Of a DNA stretch of 64,000 nt, positions 1 through 12,944 are shown piece after piece (position 1 is the stretch's first letter; every line of letters starts with the position of its first letter). The notes beneath the pieces were generated by a model, which was given only the letters and a program-made list of their open reading frames with translations, did not search any database and was not told where the DNA came from. This DNA comes from Eledone cirrhosa (Eukaryota). The position numbers and the translations under genes are program-made. The stretch lies in the NCBI GenBank assembly GCA_964016885.1, contig OZ024747.1, forward strand, positions 69,068,001 through 69,132,000, in the 5' to 3' direction.

Positions 1-927
1 TGGCTTTACAGACGTAATAGGGAGGGGGTGTAAAATAAGCTCCAGTAATGTAAGACTTGAGGTGGCGAATTGGCAGTCAGGAGAGCGACGAAGAAAACGC
101 TTTCTGGCATTCGTTCCAGCTCTATATTGACTGTGGTCAAAGGGATAGGCCCACCAGTTTTAAGATGGCAAAGACATGAGGGGGCATCTACAATTTCACG
201 ATGAATTGAGAGTTCGAGGAAAGAATATAGTATAACCAATTTAACAAATATTGTCAAAGTTATTAATTTCTTTCACAGGTGAGTGCAATAAAAAACTGAT
301 TTTGCGAACCCCTCGAAGCCTATTTACGCTACCTATACAACTAAAATCTTTGAGAAAGGTTCGAAACTTACAAGTAACTATTTTCCTTCTCTCAAAATAC
401 AAGATCTTGTGTTTAATAATAGAAAACTCATAAACGATTCTAAAAGCACATAGCGTTAGCTTTTCTTATAAAAATTATGGGATCATTAATAAAGTGAAGA
501 CAAAACTATCTTACATGTTATTCTAGAGAATTATTTTTGTTGTTGTTGTTGTTTAGTTCCAGGTGAACTCCAATCAAGCAGCTGTGGTAAAAAATATTCC
601 AGACTTGACCATTAAATTCTTTATTTTTTAAAGTGTGTATTCAGAATTACATCATTCAATATGCCTCCTTATTTAATTTGAGAGAAATTTGGTACTATTT
701 CTAGCAGCTTGAAAAGAAGATCAGACAATAAATGTAAATACAGTTGGTTTCTATAAATAGAATTTTGCTATAAGTAGTGTTGCTGACCACTTTTTTCCGT
801 CGTGTAAGGGGTTTTATCCTATTTTCTAAGCTATATATAGTATCCAGCTCTATTTACAGCTATTTACTGCGTTTGAGTCTCCTATATTTTCTATGAACCT
901 CATATCTCAATGCTTCCAAAGTCCGGA

Positions 928-1007
<80 letters not shown>

Positions 1008-1025
1008 CATCTATCTATTTAGATC

Positions 1026-1064
<39 letters not shown>

Positions 1065-1355
1065 CACCACCTTCAGCCCTCCTCGCTCGGACACCCCGTC
1101 TCCCTCTCCCCACTCCACCCGCCTCCACCTCTACTCACCCCACACCCTTCCACCACCTGTTTACCCCCCTTTTAATTTCAGTTTATTTTGATCATGCCTT
1201 TATTTTTAAATGTTCTCATTCCTTGTATTTTGATCATGCTTTATTTTTATTTATTATTTATTATATTTTTGTCTTTATTTGTTAATTTTTCATTCGCACC
1301 GTTTCCTTTCGCTATATGTCTCTCCACCACTCCCCTACACACCTTTTGAACTCTT

Positions 1356-1387
1356 ACCTGAAGAAGGGCTTATGCCCGAAACGTCGT
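1356..1387 (+). ncRNA. Minimal hammerhead motif inside a (TA)n-flanked PLE-like 3' fragment (1063-1478)
   Basis: CTGAAGA-agggc ttat gccc-GAA-ACGT-C. Stem I is weak (2 bp). Confidence 0.6.
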
Positions 1388-1473
1388 CCTCCACCTACCC
1401 CCCCACTCTCCTGAGCGTGAATCTAATAAACATTTGTCGTACTGCCTCTCTGTTCTGTCCCTGTTCAATTTTT

Positions 1474-1564
<91 letters not shown>

Positions 1565-1642
1565 TGCATATATATATAACGGGATTGTCACAAATTAATC
1601 GCGTTAGATCATATGTCTATCCAATGAGGCATGGCTTGGCGT

Positions 1643-1678
<36 letters not shown>

Positions 1679-2271
1679 GCAGCAACAACAACAAACACAG
1701 GACGTTATCTTTGACTAAAATGGGAATCTATTCTGTAAGATGTACCGGGCTGTTGCTTCGCTTGGTGCGGTTTGTCTAAATACTGTTGAAATGAATCAAT
1801 GAACAGCGTCAATATTATAGACCGTATCTCTTATGCAATGATCATGTATTATACAAATATGTTATCAAGCAGGTTTCCTTTATAAGGGAAGTAATGATAT
1901 TTATATAAGTATGACGTCACGAAACAGCGACTGTTCGGTAGCGGTAGGTTAAAGTGTGAATTCCTTATTTAAAATTATACTCATGAGACAAGCGCAACCT
2001 AGATTCCACTTAGAACTCTAATGCCAGGAAAATATCCCTATTGTTTGGTCAGTGAATTAAGGATACATTTTGCAGCACAGCAGCACTCCGGCACTGCAAT
2101 ACTATTTAAATATCAAACACTGAAAAGATGACTAAAACGAAATGTTGGCAGTGAAATGGGTTCATTCTGTTTCTCTGTTTCCAAAACAGACACATTACCA
2201 ATTAAGTAATCTTTAGCATGCACCAATACATAGATAATTGCGTCTATATTCCTTTTTAATAGGAGTTACAA

Positions 2272-2453
2272 TAAGAGTACAGAGCTATGTGAGGGAATGT
2301 AACCTCAGTCATGTTAATAGTGTTGGACTGTAAGAGTACAGAGCTATGTGAGGGAATGTAACCTCAGTCATGTTTATAGTGTTGGGCTGTAAGAGTACAG
2401 AGCTATGTGAGGGAATGTAACCGCAGTCATGTTTATAGTGTTGGGCTGTAAGA
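2272..2453. repeat. 59-bp tandem repeat, 3 copies
   Basis: Units start at 2272, 2331 and 2390. Confidence 0.95.
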
Positions 2454-5400
2454 AATTCACTTATATTTTTACAACTTCCCACCCTTTCACAGAACTACTC
2501 ACTGCCCGTCATTTCCAGTAATACCTTAAGTAGCGCTGCAGTAATCCCCAAGTTATTATCACCGACATAACTTTACCAACCAAACTATTTCCATGGAAAC
2601 GGAAAGTCAAAAGCCACCATTTGTGAAAGATAATCCGATTCCTTTGGACATTAACTGTTTATCCTCCAGTTCTTTATTCTAAAATAGAGATATAATTCAT
2701 AACTCAATAATAATCTCATTATTCTCAGGCCAGTAGTTCAGTTTTTTTTTACTACAAAATTCTTCAACTCTCATTATTTTGCATTTCTATCAACTATCTT
2801 TTATTTTGGAAACAAAATTTCCTTCTAAAATGTTTCCCCACTCTTTTTTTTTTATATTTCACCCAGATTAGAATTGATTTGATATTGAAATAGTGAATTA
2901 TGATATCGGATTTAGAAGTGCAAATTGATTAACAGAATTAATTTACCCTCAACAGTTACAAAAATAGGTTTTTTTCCTTTTTTTTTTTTACAAATGCAAA
3001 GATTGTTTTTGTTTTCAAAGAGAAATGCTAATTCTCACAAGGGAGGGAAAGGGAAAAATAAATGGATGATGGATGAAGGGGAAAAATGTGTGGACTGGAA
3101 AATTAGAGAGGGAAAGGCAAATTTGGTGCCATGCATGGGGTCAAACTAGGCGGGGCGTCATTCTGGCTGCTAACCATATTCGATAACTGGGAGAAGGTGT
3201 CTAACATTAGGGCGTTGAATATCTTTGCACCGGCCCCGGATAACGGACAAAAAACTAGCATAAAAAATAATACCTATTGCATAAATTATTAGCCACAACG
3301 ATGCTAACAAAGACAATATCATGACAACATTATTAGCAACAGCAGTGAGGTTCGTGTGTTAGTATTTTTAATTAAGATTTTTTTCAATGAAATCATGTTT
3401 AAAAGAAAAACGACTGAGTAGATAAAGTCAGAGGATTACCGACCTATCGGTTGTGAAATTATATCAACTGTGGACATTTCATTGTGTCCCTAGAAAAGAT
3501 ATTTCATTTTACGTATCTTAAGATATGACGTAGCAGGCGAAAATGGACGCTATATCTTCTGAAGAGGTAACCTCCGATAAAATAGTATTCTGCCATATGT
3601 GTATTTATCTTTCATTCATTGAACGTCTTATAGATGAAGTTAATCATCAATCTTTTGAGCTCCTAGAGACTGGATAAGACATTTATATTCTTACCTTATG
3701 ACATCGTTTATCAAGGTAGCGCTCAGTTTAAATAGACCGAACTATACACTAGAAATACATTACTATGTACACCGTGCATGTTTAATAGTAAAACGTTCAC
3801 GGATTATCAAATTGAATAAGACATTCTGCTTTAATAATAAATAATTTTAACATTTAACAACTTATATCTCTTGTCAAAATCCCCATTTAGAACGGTAAAC
3901 AATGAGATGCCAGAAATGTCTAGTTTATTTTTCTGATATTAGATAATATATATTTTAAAGCAGCTTTTATCTAAGAAAAACTTTTTAAATCTTTCGCAAA
4001 TGCATAGTGGCATCATAACTTAAAATATTGTTTCGCTATCATCTCATGTCAATAGTTCCTGGGAAATACATGATTTTTACCAGAACTATACATAAAATTG
4101 CTTTATCTCACGAAACATGTATGTAAGAGTGGTGATATATCAAACGTAATGTATTTATATATCATGGGTGGTGATATTATCTGACATGAAGCAAGCAGTA
4201 CTATAAATGTGATATAAAATAACGAAAAAAATGAGCTGACAGAATTATTAAGGTTGAGGGAAGCGGTAATCTCGGAAGGCTACTACCAATATACCAACAT
4301 TTAGTTCATTAATATCATTCAGGCTTTTTCTTGAAGGGTAAAGATAATCTGTTATAGAATCCGCGATTCAATCAGATTTGACAATTTTATGTATGCACTA
4401 ACCAGAATATACACCGTGAGGAAGCAATAGTTTTTATTCTAGCTTTTCCTGTAACATCATAGAAAGAATAAATACATCTAGCTCGTCAGTAGACAGACAG
4501 CATGAAGCGTGTTTTACTCGAGAGTATTTCAAGTTACCAACTATGATAAATAATATGCAATAAACATATTTCCATACAGAGCTAGATAGAAATACATGTA
4601 AACTTAGATATATTCACTCCAAAAATTTTCCATATCAAATAAATAATCATCCGACTTTAAAATAGACGACATGATAATTATATGAACGGAGAGTATCACA
4701 CGGGAGATAGGAGGTGAGGTGTGTCAGGAGGGTACTAGAAAAGAACTATATTGTAGTACCAAAGCTATTGAAATAATGATTTCACGAATATAGATTCTGA
4801 AAACACTTTCAATGGAATTAATATTTCACTTAGAAAGTAAGAGTCACAAAAAAGGTCTCCAGACTTTTTATAGATTCATGAAAGAAGGAAACAAGGTGCA
4901 ATTTAAAGCATATTTTATCGAACTCGGATGGATGAAAGGCAAAGTTGACCTAGCGTGATTTGAACTCAGAGAGCCGAAACGAATACTGCAAAGCATTCTA
5001 TTCGAGGTTCTAACGACTCTGCCAATTCGCCACCTTCAAAGCACAGTATAAGATATATATGGAAGGAATATTCTAATTTCTCAATTCATCTAGTTTTGCA
5101 ACACACAAAAATAATATCAAATATTAAAAAAGCTGAAAATGAAACAGTTTGAATATGTAACACGGCACTTATAGCACCCTACACCTAGAAAAAGAGAATG
5201 TCTCTATGTGGTCATACGGCCTGTTAGTAATAACAGTGAAATTCCACTTAAAACGTTAGTTCCCATATTAAAAAGAATAGAAAAGTAGAAAGATAAAAAG
5301 AAAAAAAAACGAAACGAAAAAGAAACTGGATAATGTTGTCCATCGTACACAACTAAAAAAAAGATACTTAGAATGTACATAATAGTTGAAGGTTGACCTG

Positions 5401-5828
5401 AGACTATACAACGACGCCCTTTATAAATCTGGCTATGCTTGGACCAATTCCCGATGAAAAGAAGAAGTTTACCAGGATATGGGGTGGTTGAACAACATTA
5501 AGAAATGGACAAAGAAAAGATGGCGGAAGGCACGAGGCTGGCTGATGATTGGGTAAGATGGCGGAAATATGTTATGTCAGTTGCTGTGAATATACGGCAT
5601 CCCGAGGCTATAGATGTTGTTTGATTGATAGAACTTATCAAATATTTCTTTTGTTTATTAATTTTTCCTATTGATTTCTGGACCATTTTCTCTCACAGTC
5701 AATAATAACAATTAACAAACGCAGCTAGTGACCTTTGTGAAAAAATATATATCACATTATTTCATATCTACTGTAAGACTCTCAAAGATGAAAATAACGA
5801 ATTGGTTATCTATCTCTCTATTTCTGTT

Positions 5829-5900
<72 letters not shown>

Positions 5901-6569
5901 TATGTCGTAACCAAACATGACTGAATGGATAAATGTTCTCCAGATTTTTGGTAGCTGATGTGTACCGAGTTCATATTCAAATGGTCTGAGCTGCATTATG
6001 GCATTGAACATTTTTTTCTCGTACATGAAGATTAAGAATCAATCTGTCGACTAACAAAGGTGACATGACTTTGATGTGAATTTATGTCTTTTTCTCAGCA
6101 GCTGGTGCTCTGAATATGGGAAGGGTGGAGCATGATAAATTGTTCTGATGTCTGACATACTATTTCTCCTTTGATCATCATTGAGGACAAGAGAGATTTT
6201 TCACGCACGATCTAACTTATTACATCTAGTGGAAAAAATAACGATAACAAAAATAAAATAAAATAATAATAATAAATAAAATAAAACAGACCAAGCTTGT
6301 GTCATTGAAGTATAACATGCATCTCTATATTTCCTTCTATTGAGTGCTAGTGTGTGGGTGAGTGAGTGTGTGTGAGTGAGTGAGTGTGTGTGAGTGAGTG
6401 TGTGAGTGTGTGTGTGGTAAAAAATAACCCGGGTTAGGCATGGTCGAATTCTTAAGTGGTTCTCTTCTCAACCATGAGGTATAGGGTTCGATCCTATTAT
6501 GCTGTGCCATGAATAGGGGTTTTATTTCGTTTTCTTTTTTTTTTATAGCGAGACAGCACAGATGTGTTT

Positions 6570-7230
6570 GTTATGACATAACACAGTGTTGGTTGTTATG
6601 ACACATCACAGTGCTAGTTGTTATGATGCAGGACAGTGGTGGTAGATGTGACAGGACACAGTGTTGGTTGTTATGACACATCACAGTGTTGGTTGTTATG
6701 ACACTGTGTTGGTTGTTATGACACTGTGGTGGTTGTTATGACACAGTGGTGGTTGTTATGACACCGTGGTGGATGTTATGACACAGTGGTGGTTGTTATG
6801 ACACAGTGGTGGTTGTTATGACACCGTGGTGGATGTTATGACACAGTGTTGGTTGTTATGACACAGTGGTGGTTGTTATGACACAGTGTTGGTTGTTATG
6901 ACACTGTGGTGGTTGTTATGACACAGTGGTGGTTGTTATGACACAGTGTTGGTTGTTATGACACAGTGGTGGTTGTTATGATACAGTGTTGGTTGTTATG
7001 ACACAGTGGTGGTTGTTATGACACAGTGTTGGTTGTTATGACACAGTGGTGGTTGTTATGATACAGTGTTGGTTGTTATGACACTGTGGTGGTTGTTATG
7101 GCACAGTGGTGGTTGTTATGACACAGTGGTGGTTGTTATGACACAGTGGTGGTTGTTATGGCACAGTGGTGGTTGTTATGACACAACACAGTGGTGGTTA
7201 TTATGACACATCACAGTGGTGGATGCTATG
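6570..7230. repeat. 20-bp minisatellite (acacagtg(g/t)tggttgttatg) with 25-bp variant units at the edges
   Basis: Exact 20-bp periodicity at 6700-7185, degenerate periodicity continuing to about 7560. Confidence 0.95.
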
Positions 7231-7963
7231 GAAGAGCTATGTTAAATATAATGACAGAAATCAGTGATTGTGTTAGTGATACATCTTAACAGTTATTGTA
7301 ATTACTCAACTGATTGGTGGTTTCGACGATACATTGCAGTTATCAGACACCCAGTAGACATTGTAATGATGGCTAAGCAGTGGTCATAATTACACATATC
7401 AGTGTTTCTAATGACACAGTACAGTGCCGGGTATGTTATAACAGTTCTGTTGTAGTTGTAATAACGGATGAATAGAGGTTACAATGAAACACCCAGCTGT
7501 TTTTATAATAAAACATTTACGGGGTAGTTGAAATGACAGTTCAGTGATAATCAAAATGACACAGCTCAGTAGCTCAGTGATTCAGCGACTGCACAGAGAC
7601 CTTCTTATCGAAAGTTGTGTCTCTACTTAGCCCTGTGAAAGGCTTGTTTTCGTATAGCGTCTGTTTTGCTTTTGGCTAAACAGAACTGGACTTATTACCG
7701 ATGTATGTGTGTATATTGACACAAAATCCAATGCATGAACATAAAGGATTTGGCGAAAGCATAAGTTCAGTAATATGAAAAAGATAATGTAATAGATGTT
7801 TTATAACAATAAATTTAAAAACCCCAAAACCTATCTCATGAATATGGCTATTTGTCACACTTGCTTAACGCTTCATGTGTATGTAAACATAATTTCATTT
7901 AAAAACACGTGTATTAGAAATATTTAATTAGAAAAGAAAAGTGTGTATGTGGATGCGTGTATA

Positions 7964-8131
7964 CAGAGTGTATCGAAACAAATGATCCGATTTTATTTAC
8001 AATTTTTAGAAATGCTAAACGTTATCAAAAACGATAAGATTGAGACACGTGGTGGACAAGTTACTGCATGATTATAGGCACATTTGTTTAAAAAATAGCC
8101 TTTTGAAATGTAGCCTTTTTAATACACCCTG
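7964..8131. mobile_element. Tc1/mariner-type MITE
   Basis: TA-cagagtgtatcgaaa / tttaatacaccctg-TA. Confidence 0.55.
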
Positions 8132-9333
8132 TATATGAGCGGAGGATGTGATATTTCCATGTTTTATTCAAGGAAGATCTTGATTCAATGATACTAATCA
8201 TTAGATAAAAAGTATTTACCTTTAGTAGATATTTTAGGCTTGTAGAAAAGAAAATATCATCTCGTGTAGATATTTAGTTAAAAAAACATGAGCTATTTGC
8301 CTTCAAATAAGGGAAGAGGTAAACACTCTAAGAAGTGAGTAGACTTAGAGCTGGCCGCTGTTCGCAATAAATTATATATAGTCTTGTATTGAATGGTAAT
8401 ATATGCAGAGTTAGTTTATAACCGACAATTAAAGCTAGAGTTGTATGAATATATATAACATTGAAATATTTTAGAATTTACGATGTAATTCATATTGAAC
8501 AAAAACATCTGTAGAGTAAAGATTATATTCTTGCTCCATTGTATATAGTATTTATAATTGACTATGTTTTATAATAATACTGAAAAAGCATCTGGGGAGT
8601 AAAATGTTACATAGTTATATTACTGCTTTATTTCATCCTAGATATGTTCTTAATGATCAACGACGTTCTAGGAGTGACTATCCCGCTTCTTTGTACATCG
8701 TGGAATATATTATTTAATGTATCACTTCGTATTTTTTATGACTAAAAGGGTGTATGGGAGAGTCCTTTGCTGTTATTTATAGCGGTTTGAGCGACCATGT
8801 AGACGCATCCCTGTTAATTCGAGTATTCCAGTCATGCGAGGAATGGGACTTCCCGTTTATTGAAATATAGCGGAACGTAAATGGCTGAGTATTCCACAGA
8901 CAATTGAATCCGTAATCTGCGAATGAGTAGGCTGACCCTTGGAGAGATCTGTAGAGTCTATCTGACGGAACTTTCATACAGTTTACAACTATCGAATTTC
9001 ACCCATGACGCTTACTCTTAACCAGACAGCCATGTACCAAAGTAGATATATAAGTCCCACATTTATCTGCTTTGATTTATTGTGCACTCTAAATTGCGTT
9101 AACGATATTCATATGAGATATAGCGGATTGTGTAGCATTTGTAGTTGTTACGTCTTCAATCTAGATTTATTAATATAGAACAGAGTAAAATTGCAGCTTA
9201 GCCAAACCAGTTCTATTTTTGTACTGATATTAAATAAATTTATAGACTCATTCATATACGCACACACACACACACACACACACACCTATATATATATATA
9301 TGTAAGTAGTTCCACAACAGTTAGTTCACCATG

Positions 9334-9374
9334 CCGAGAACAATTGTTTCACCTTATTCGGATCATCAGCTCGG
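9334..9374 (-). ncRNA. Minimal type-I hammerhead ribozyme motif in a (TA)n-flanked fragment of about 115 bp
   Basis: Minus strand reads ccgag-CTGATGA-tccgaataaggt-GAA-ACAATTGT-T/ctcgg. Confidence 0.78.
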
Positions 9375-9413
9375 TCTAAATGAAATTATACGGAAAAGGA
9401 AAAGCAACTGTAC

Positions 9414-9574
<161 letters not shown>

Positions 9575-9575
9575 C

Positions 9576-9635
<60 letters not shown>

Positions 9636-9945
9636 GTGCGGTGTAGTCGCTTTCCAGTTGATTCCACCAACGGAGCATATAGGTTCATTGCATTTTTGAC
9701 AGCTGTGTGTCGACTGAAAATCCTTCCTCAAGGACACACCGTGTCACCCGGTCATGGAATCGAATTCAAGATCTTACGATCTCGAGCCAAGCACCCTAAC
9801 CTCTTCGCACCCCCCTACACACCCTAATTTGTACATATGATTAAAATTGTATAATGCAAAATGAAGGACTATATCAACAATTACAATATATGATACTGTA
9901 TGTATGTATGTATGTATGTATGTATGTATGTATGTATGTATGTAT

Positions 9946-10553
9946 GTCAGGTCACCAGTTGGTGCTACTGGTAACATGTATCCCAGTACAACCTGTCTCA
10001 TGGTCGGGTCGTTGGCGACTAAACTGGCAACCCCACCAAGGTTTCTTGGTGAGGAGGGTGACTTTGGACATCCTGCAGGACTAAAAACAAAACCTGTCAA
10101 AGGGCAAAGGAGCTCTTAAGAGTCAATGGCCATCCAAAATCACCGGGAGAGATGACCCCTTAGCCTTTGTCAAGGCAGAATTCTAGGAGAAGGAAAACTC
10201 TGATATAACACCTGCAACCGTGATGGTATCCAATGACGTTGACTTGTTCTTCTTTTTGGTAAATATCATCTTGGTTAAGAGAGTGGGACAGGCTTTGTGC
10301 AGTGCCTTTGCTCACTATAAAAGCTTCACGGCACAGGCATTACTTTATATCTGGAGATCTCTCTGCACTTGTCGTCACATGGTACCATGGGCCCAGCACT
10401 ATGTGTCAATAATTGTCACAAGTGTGGTGTTTGTACCAGAGTTTTCAAGTCGCTGGCTGGACTAAAAAGTCACACTTGTTCAGCGCATCGGTAGGGGTTC
10501 TCCTACATGGATATAAAGTAGTGGCCGTACTCGAAAACGAGTTGGCAGCCACC
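9946..10553. repeat. Non-coding interspersed element in (TATG)n, copy 1 (RTE-5'UTR-like motif ctaggagaaggaaaactctga)
   Basis: 10014-10539 is near-identical to 11816-12338. A diverged relative lies at about 10585-10932. Confidence 0.75.
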
Positions 10554-10959
10554 ATGTATGTATGTGTATGCATATGTTTATGCACGGGGACATGGAAATA
10601 ATCGGGCTGGATACCCGATCGCGCGGTTAAACCACTGGGAGTGAAGGACCCCTGGCCTTTGTCAGGGCATTCTTCTAGAAGAAGGCAACTCAGGAAACTG
10701 GGATAACTCCGATATAAAACCTGCGGCTCAATAGTTACCGATGCTGCTGATCTTTTCTTCTTTTCGGGTTATAGCTACTGTCGCTCAGAGAGTGGGATTG
10801 GCTCAGTGCACAGTCTTTCCTAACTTTTAAAAAATCTTTACGCACAGGCATTGCACGAAAGCATTAATTAAAAATTATTAATAATGTTATATCGTGCAAT
10901 GGCCATACTCGATAACGGGGTGGCAGCCATCATGTATGTGTGTGTGTATGTATGTGTGC

Positions 10960-11642
10960 ATGTTTTCTCTTTCTCTTAATTTCGAGTATATTTTTGACCG
11001 GCCACCTTCCTGGTGGCAAGGTTGCAAAAGAAAAGAAATTGTCATCTCTTGAATCGCAAGAAAGTTTTGCAAATTTGGAAGGTGCCAGCTATCGCAGCCA
11101 TTTGTAGACTATGAATTAGGGAGCTGTGCTCTTTGTCCGCAAATCCAAGTTCAGTCATACTTTGGTCCAAGCGGGTTGGTATATAACCCGTAGCTCCAAT
11201 AATGATGGGTATGAAGCTAAAGGTCTATCTTGGATACTGGATTTGTAAACTCCTCATCAATGGTCCGTAGATGTCCTCCTTCTCCTGTATTTTTCTGACA
11301 ACGTTTACATCAAGTGGGCAGCTGATCTCCACAACAGAACACGTTTTCAATGTGTGGTCCCAAACAACAATATCAGGCCGGTTGTGCTTTAATTTGGTGG
11401 CAGTTTTTATTTTCAGGTTCCACCAGTATTCCTTAGTGCCATCTGTCTCAATATATTCTTCCTCGTTTGTTGTTAATTTTGATTTCCGAAGTGCGTTCCA
11501 GGTGGTTCTAGCTATCCCATCGTGTCTCATGGGGGAGGTAGTAGCAAGATGACATTCTTTCGCAGCTGGCAACAATGTGGCTTACATCCTCGATCTTTGT
11601 TTTACATAGCCTGCATTAATTGTCAGCTGATGGAGCTCCTCA
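10960..11642 (-). mobile_element. 3' fragment of an R4/Dong-like (REL endonuclease) non-LTR retrotransposon
   Basis: Zinc finger CRLCKTKIEDVSHIVASC (CX2CX8HX4C), a frameshift, then RHD, KHNRPDIVVWD..VVEISCP and PIIIGATG. Flanked by (TATG)n/(CATA)n. Confidence 0.85.
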
Positions 11643-11815
11643 TGTATGTATGTATGTATGTATGTATGTATGTATGTATGTATGTATGTATGTATGTATG
11701 TATGTATGTATGTATGTATGTATGTATGTATGCATGCATGCATGCATGCATGCATGTATGTATGTATGTATGTATGTATGTATGTATGTATGTATGTATG
11801 TATGTATGTATGTAT

Positions 11816-12338
11816 GGCGACTAAACTGGCAACCCCACCAAGGTTTCTTGGTGAGGAGGGTGACTTTGGACATCCTGCAGAACTAAAAACAAAACCTGTC
11901 AAAGGGCAAAGGAGGTCTTAAGAGTCAATGGCCATCCAAAATCACCGGGAGAGATGACCCCTTAGCCTTTGTCAAGGCAGAATTCTAGGAGAAGGAAAAC
12001 TCTGATATAATACCTGCAACCCTGATGGTATCCAATGATGTTGACTTGTTCTTTTTGGTAAATATCATCTTGGTTAAGAGAGTGGGACTGGCTTTGTGCA
12101 GTGCCTTTGCTCACTATAAAAGCTTCACGGCACAGGCATTGCTTTATATCTGGAGATCTCTCTGCACTTGTCGTCACATGGTACCAAGGGCCCAGCACTA
12201 TGTGTCAATAATTGTCACAAGTGTAGTGTTTGTACCAGAGTTTTCAAGTCGCTGGCTGGACTAAAAAGTCACACTTGTTCAGCGCATCGGTAGGGGTTCT
12301 CCTACATGGATATAAAGTAGTGGCCGTACTCGAAAACG
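11816..12338. repeat. Non-coding interspersed element in (TATG)n, copy 2
   Basis: Direct near-identical copy of 10014-10539, flanked by (TATG)n. Confidence 0.8.
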
Positions 12339-12372
<34 letters not shown>

Positions 12373-12697
12373 TGTATGTATGTATGTATGTATGTATGTA
12401 TGTATGTGTGCATGCATGTATCTAGAATTGATTTCTACGGGAGTAGTGCTGTTTCATTCAGCTGAAATCAGCAAATAATTCCAACAAGCCCTGTAGAAAT
12501 CTTTCTTATTTGAAATAAATTATATACCCTCTCTATTTGATGCATTGAATACCTTATTTAACTCTGGTCTTCTTCCTTTCCTCAACGGAAAACCATTCTA
12601 AGTCTGTATTTATACATAGATATACATACATTCACACATATACATGCACACACACATACATATGTGTGTGTTTGATATATATATAATAAAAATAATA

Positions 12698-12731
<34 letters not shown>

Positions 12732-12944
12732 GAATGCCATGGTTGACGGAGGCTCGGCTCTGTAAGGTATAGTAATTTTTAACCGTTAAAACAATTGTAA
12801 ATTGTTTAAAACTTGAACCAAATTGTTGATAAAGACACCCTCCTCCTCGTGAGAGGGGTCTTTCTGTCCGTTATTTGGCCCTTCGGGGTTAAATAACCAG
12901 TTATTGGGGTTTTGTACCCAAAATTTCATTTTAAACAAAAAAAC

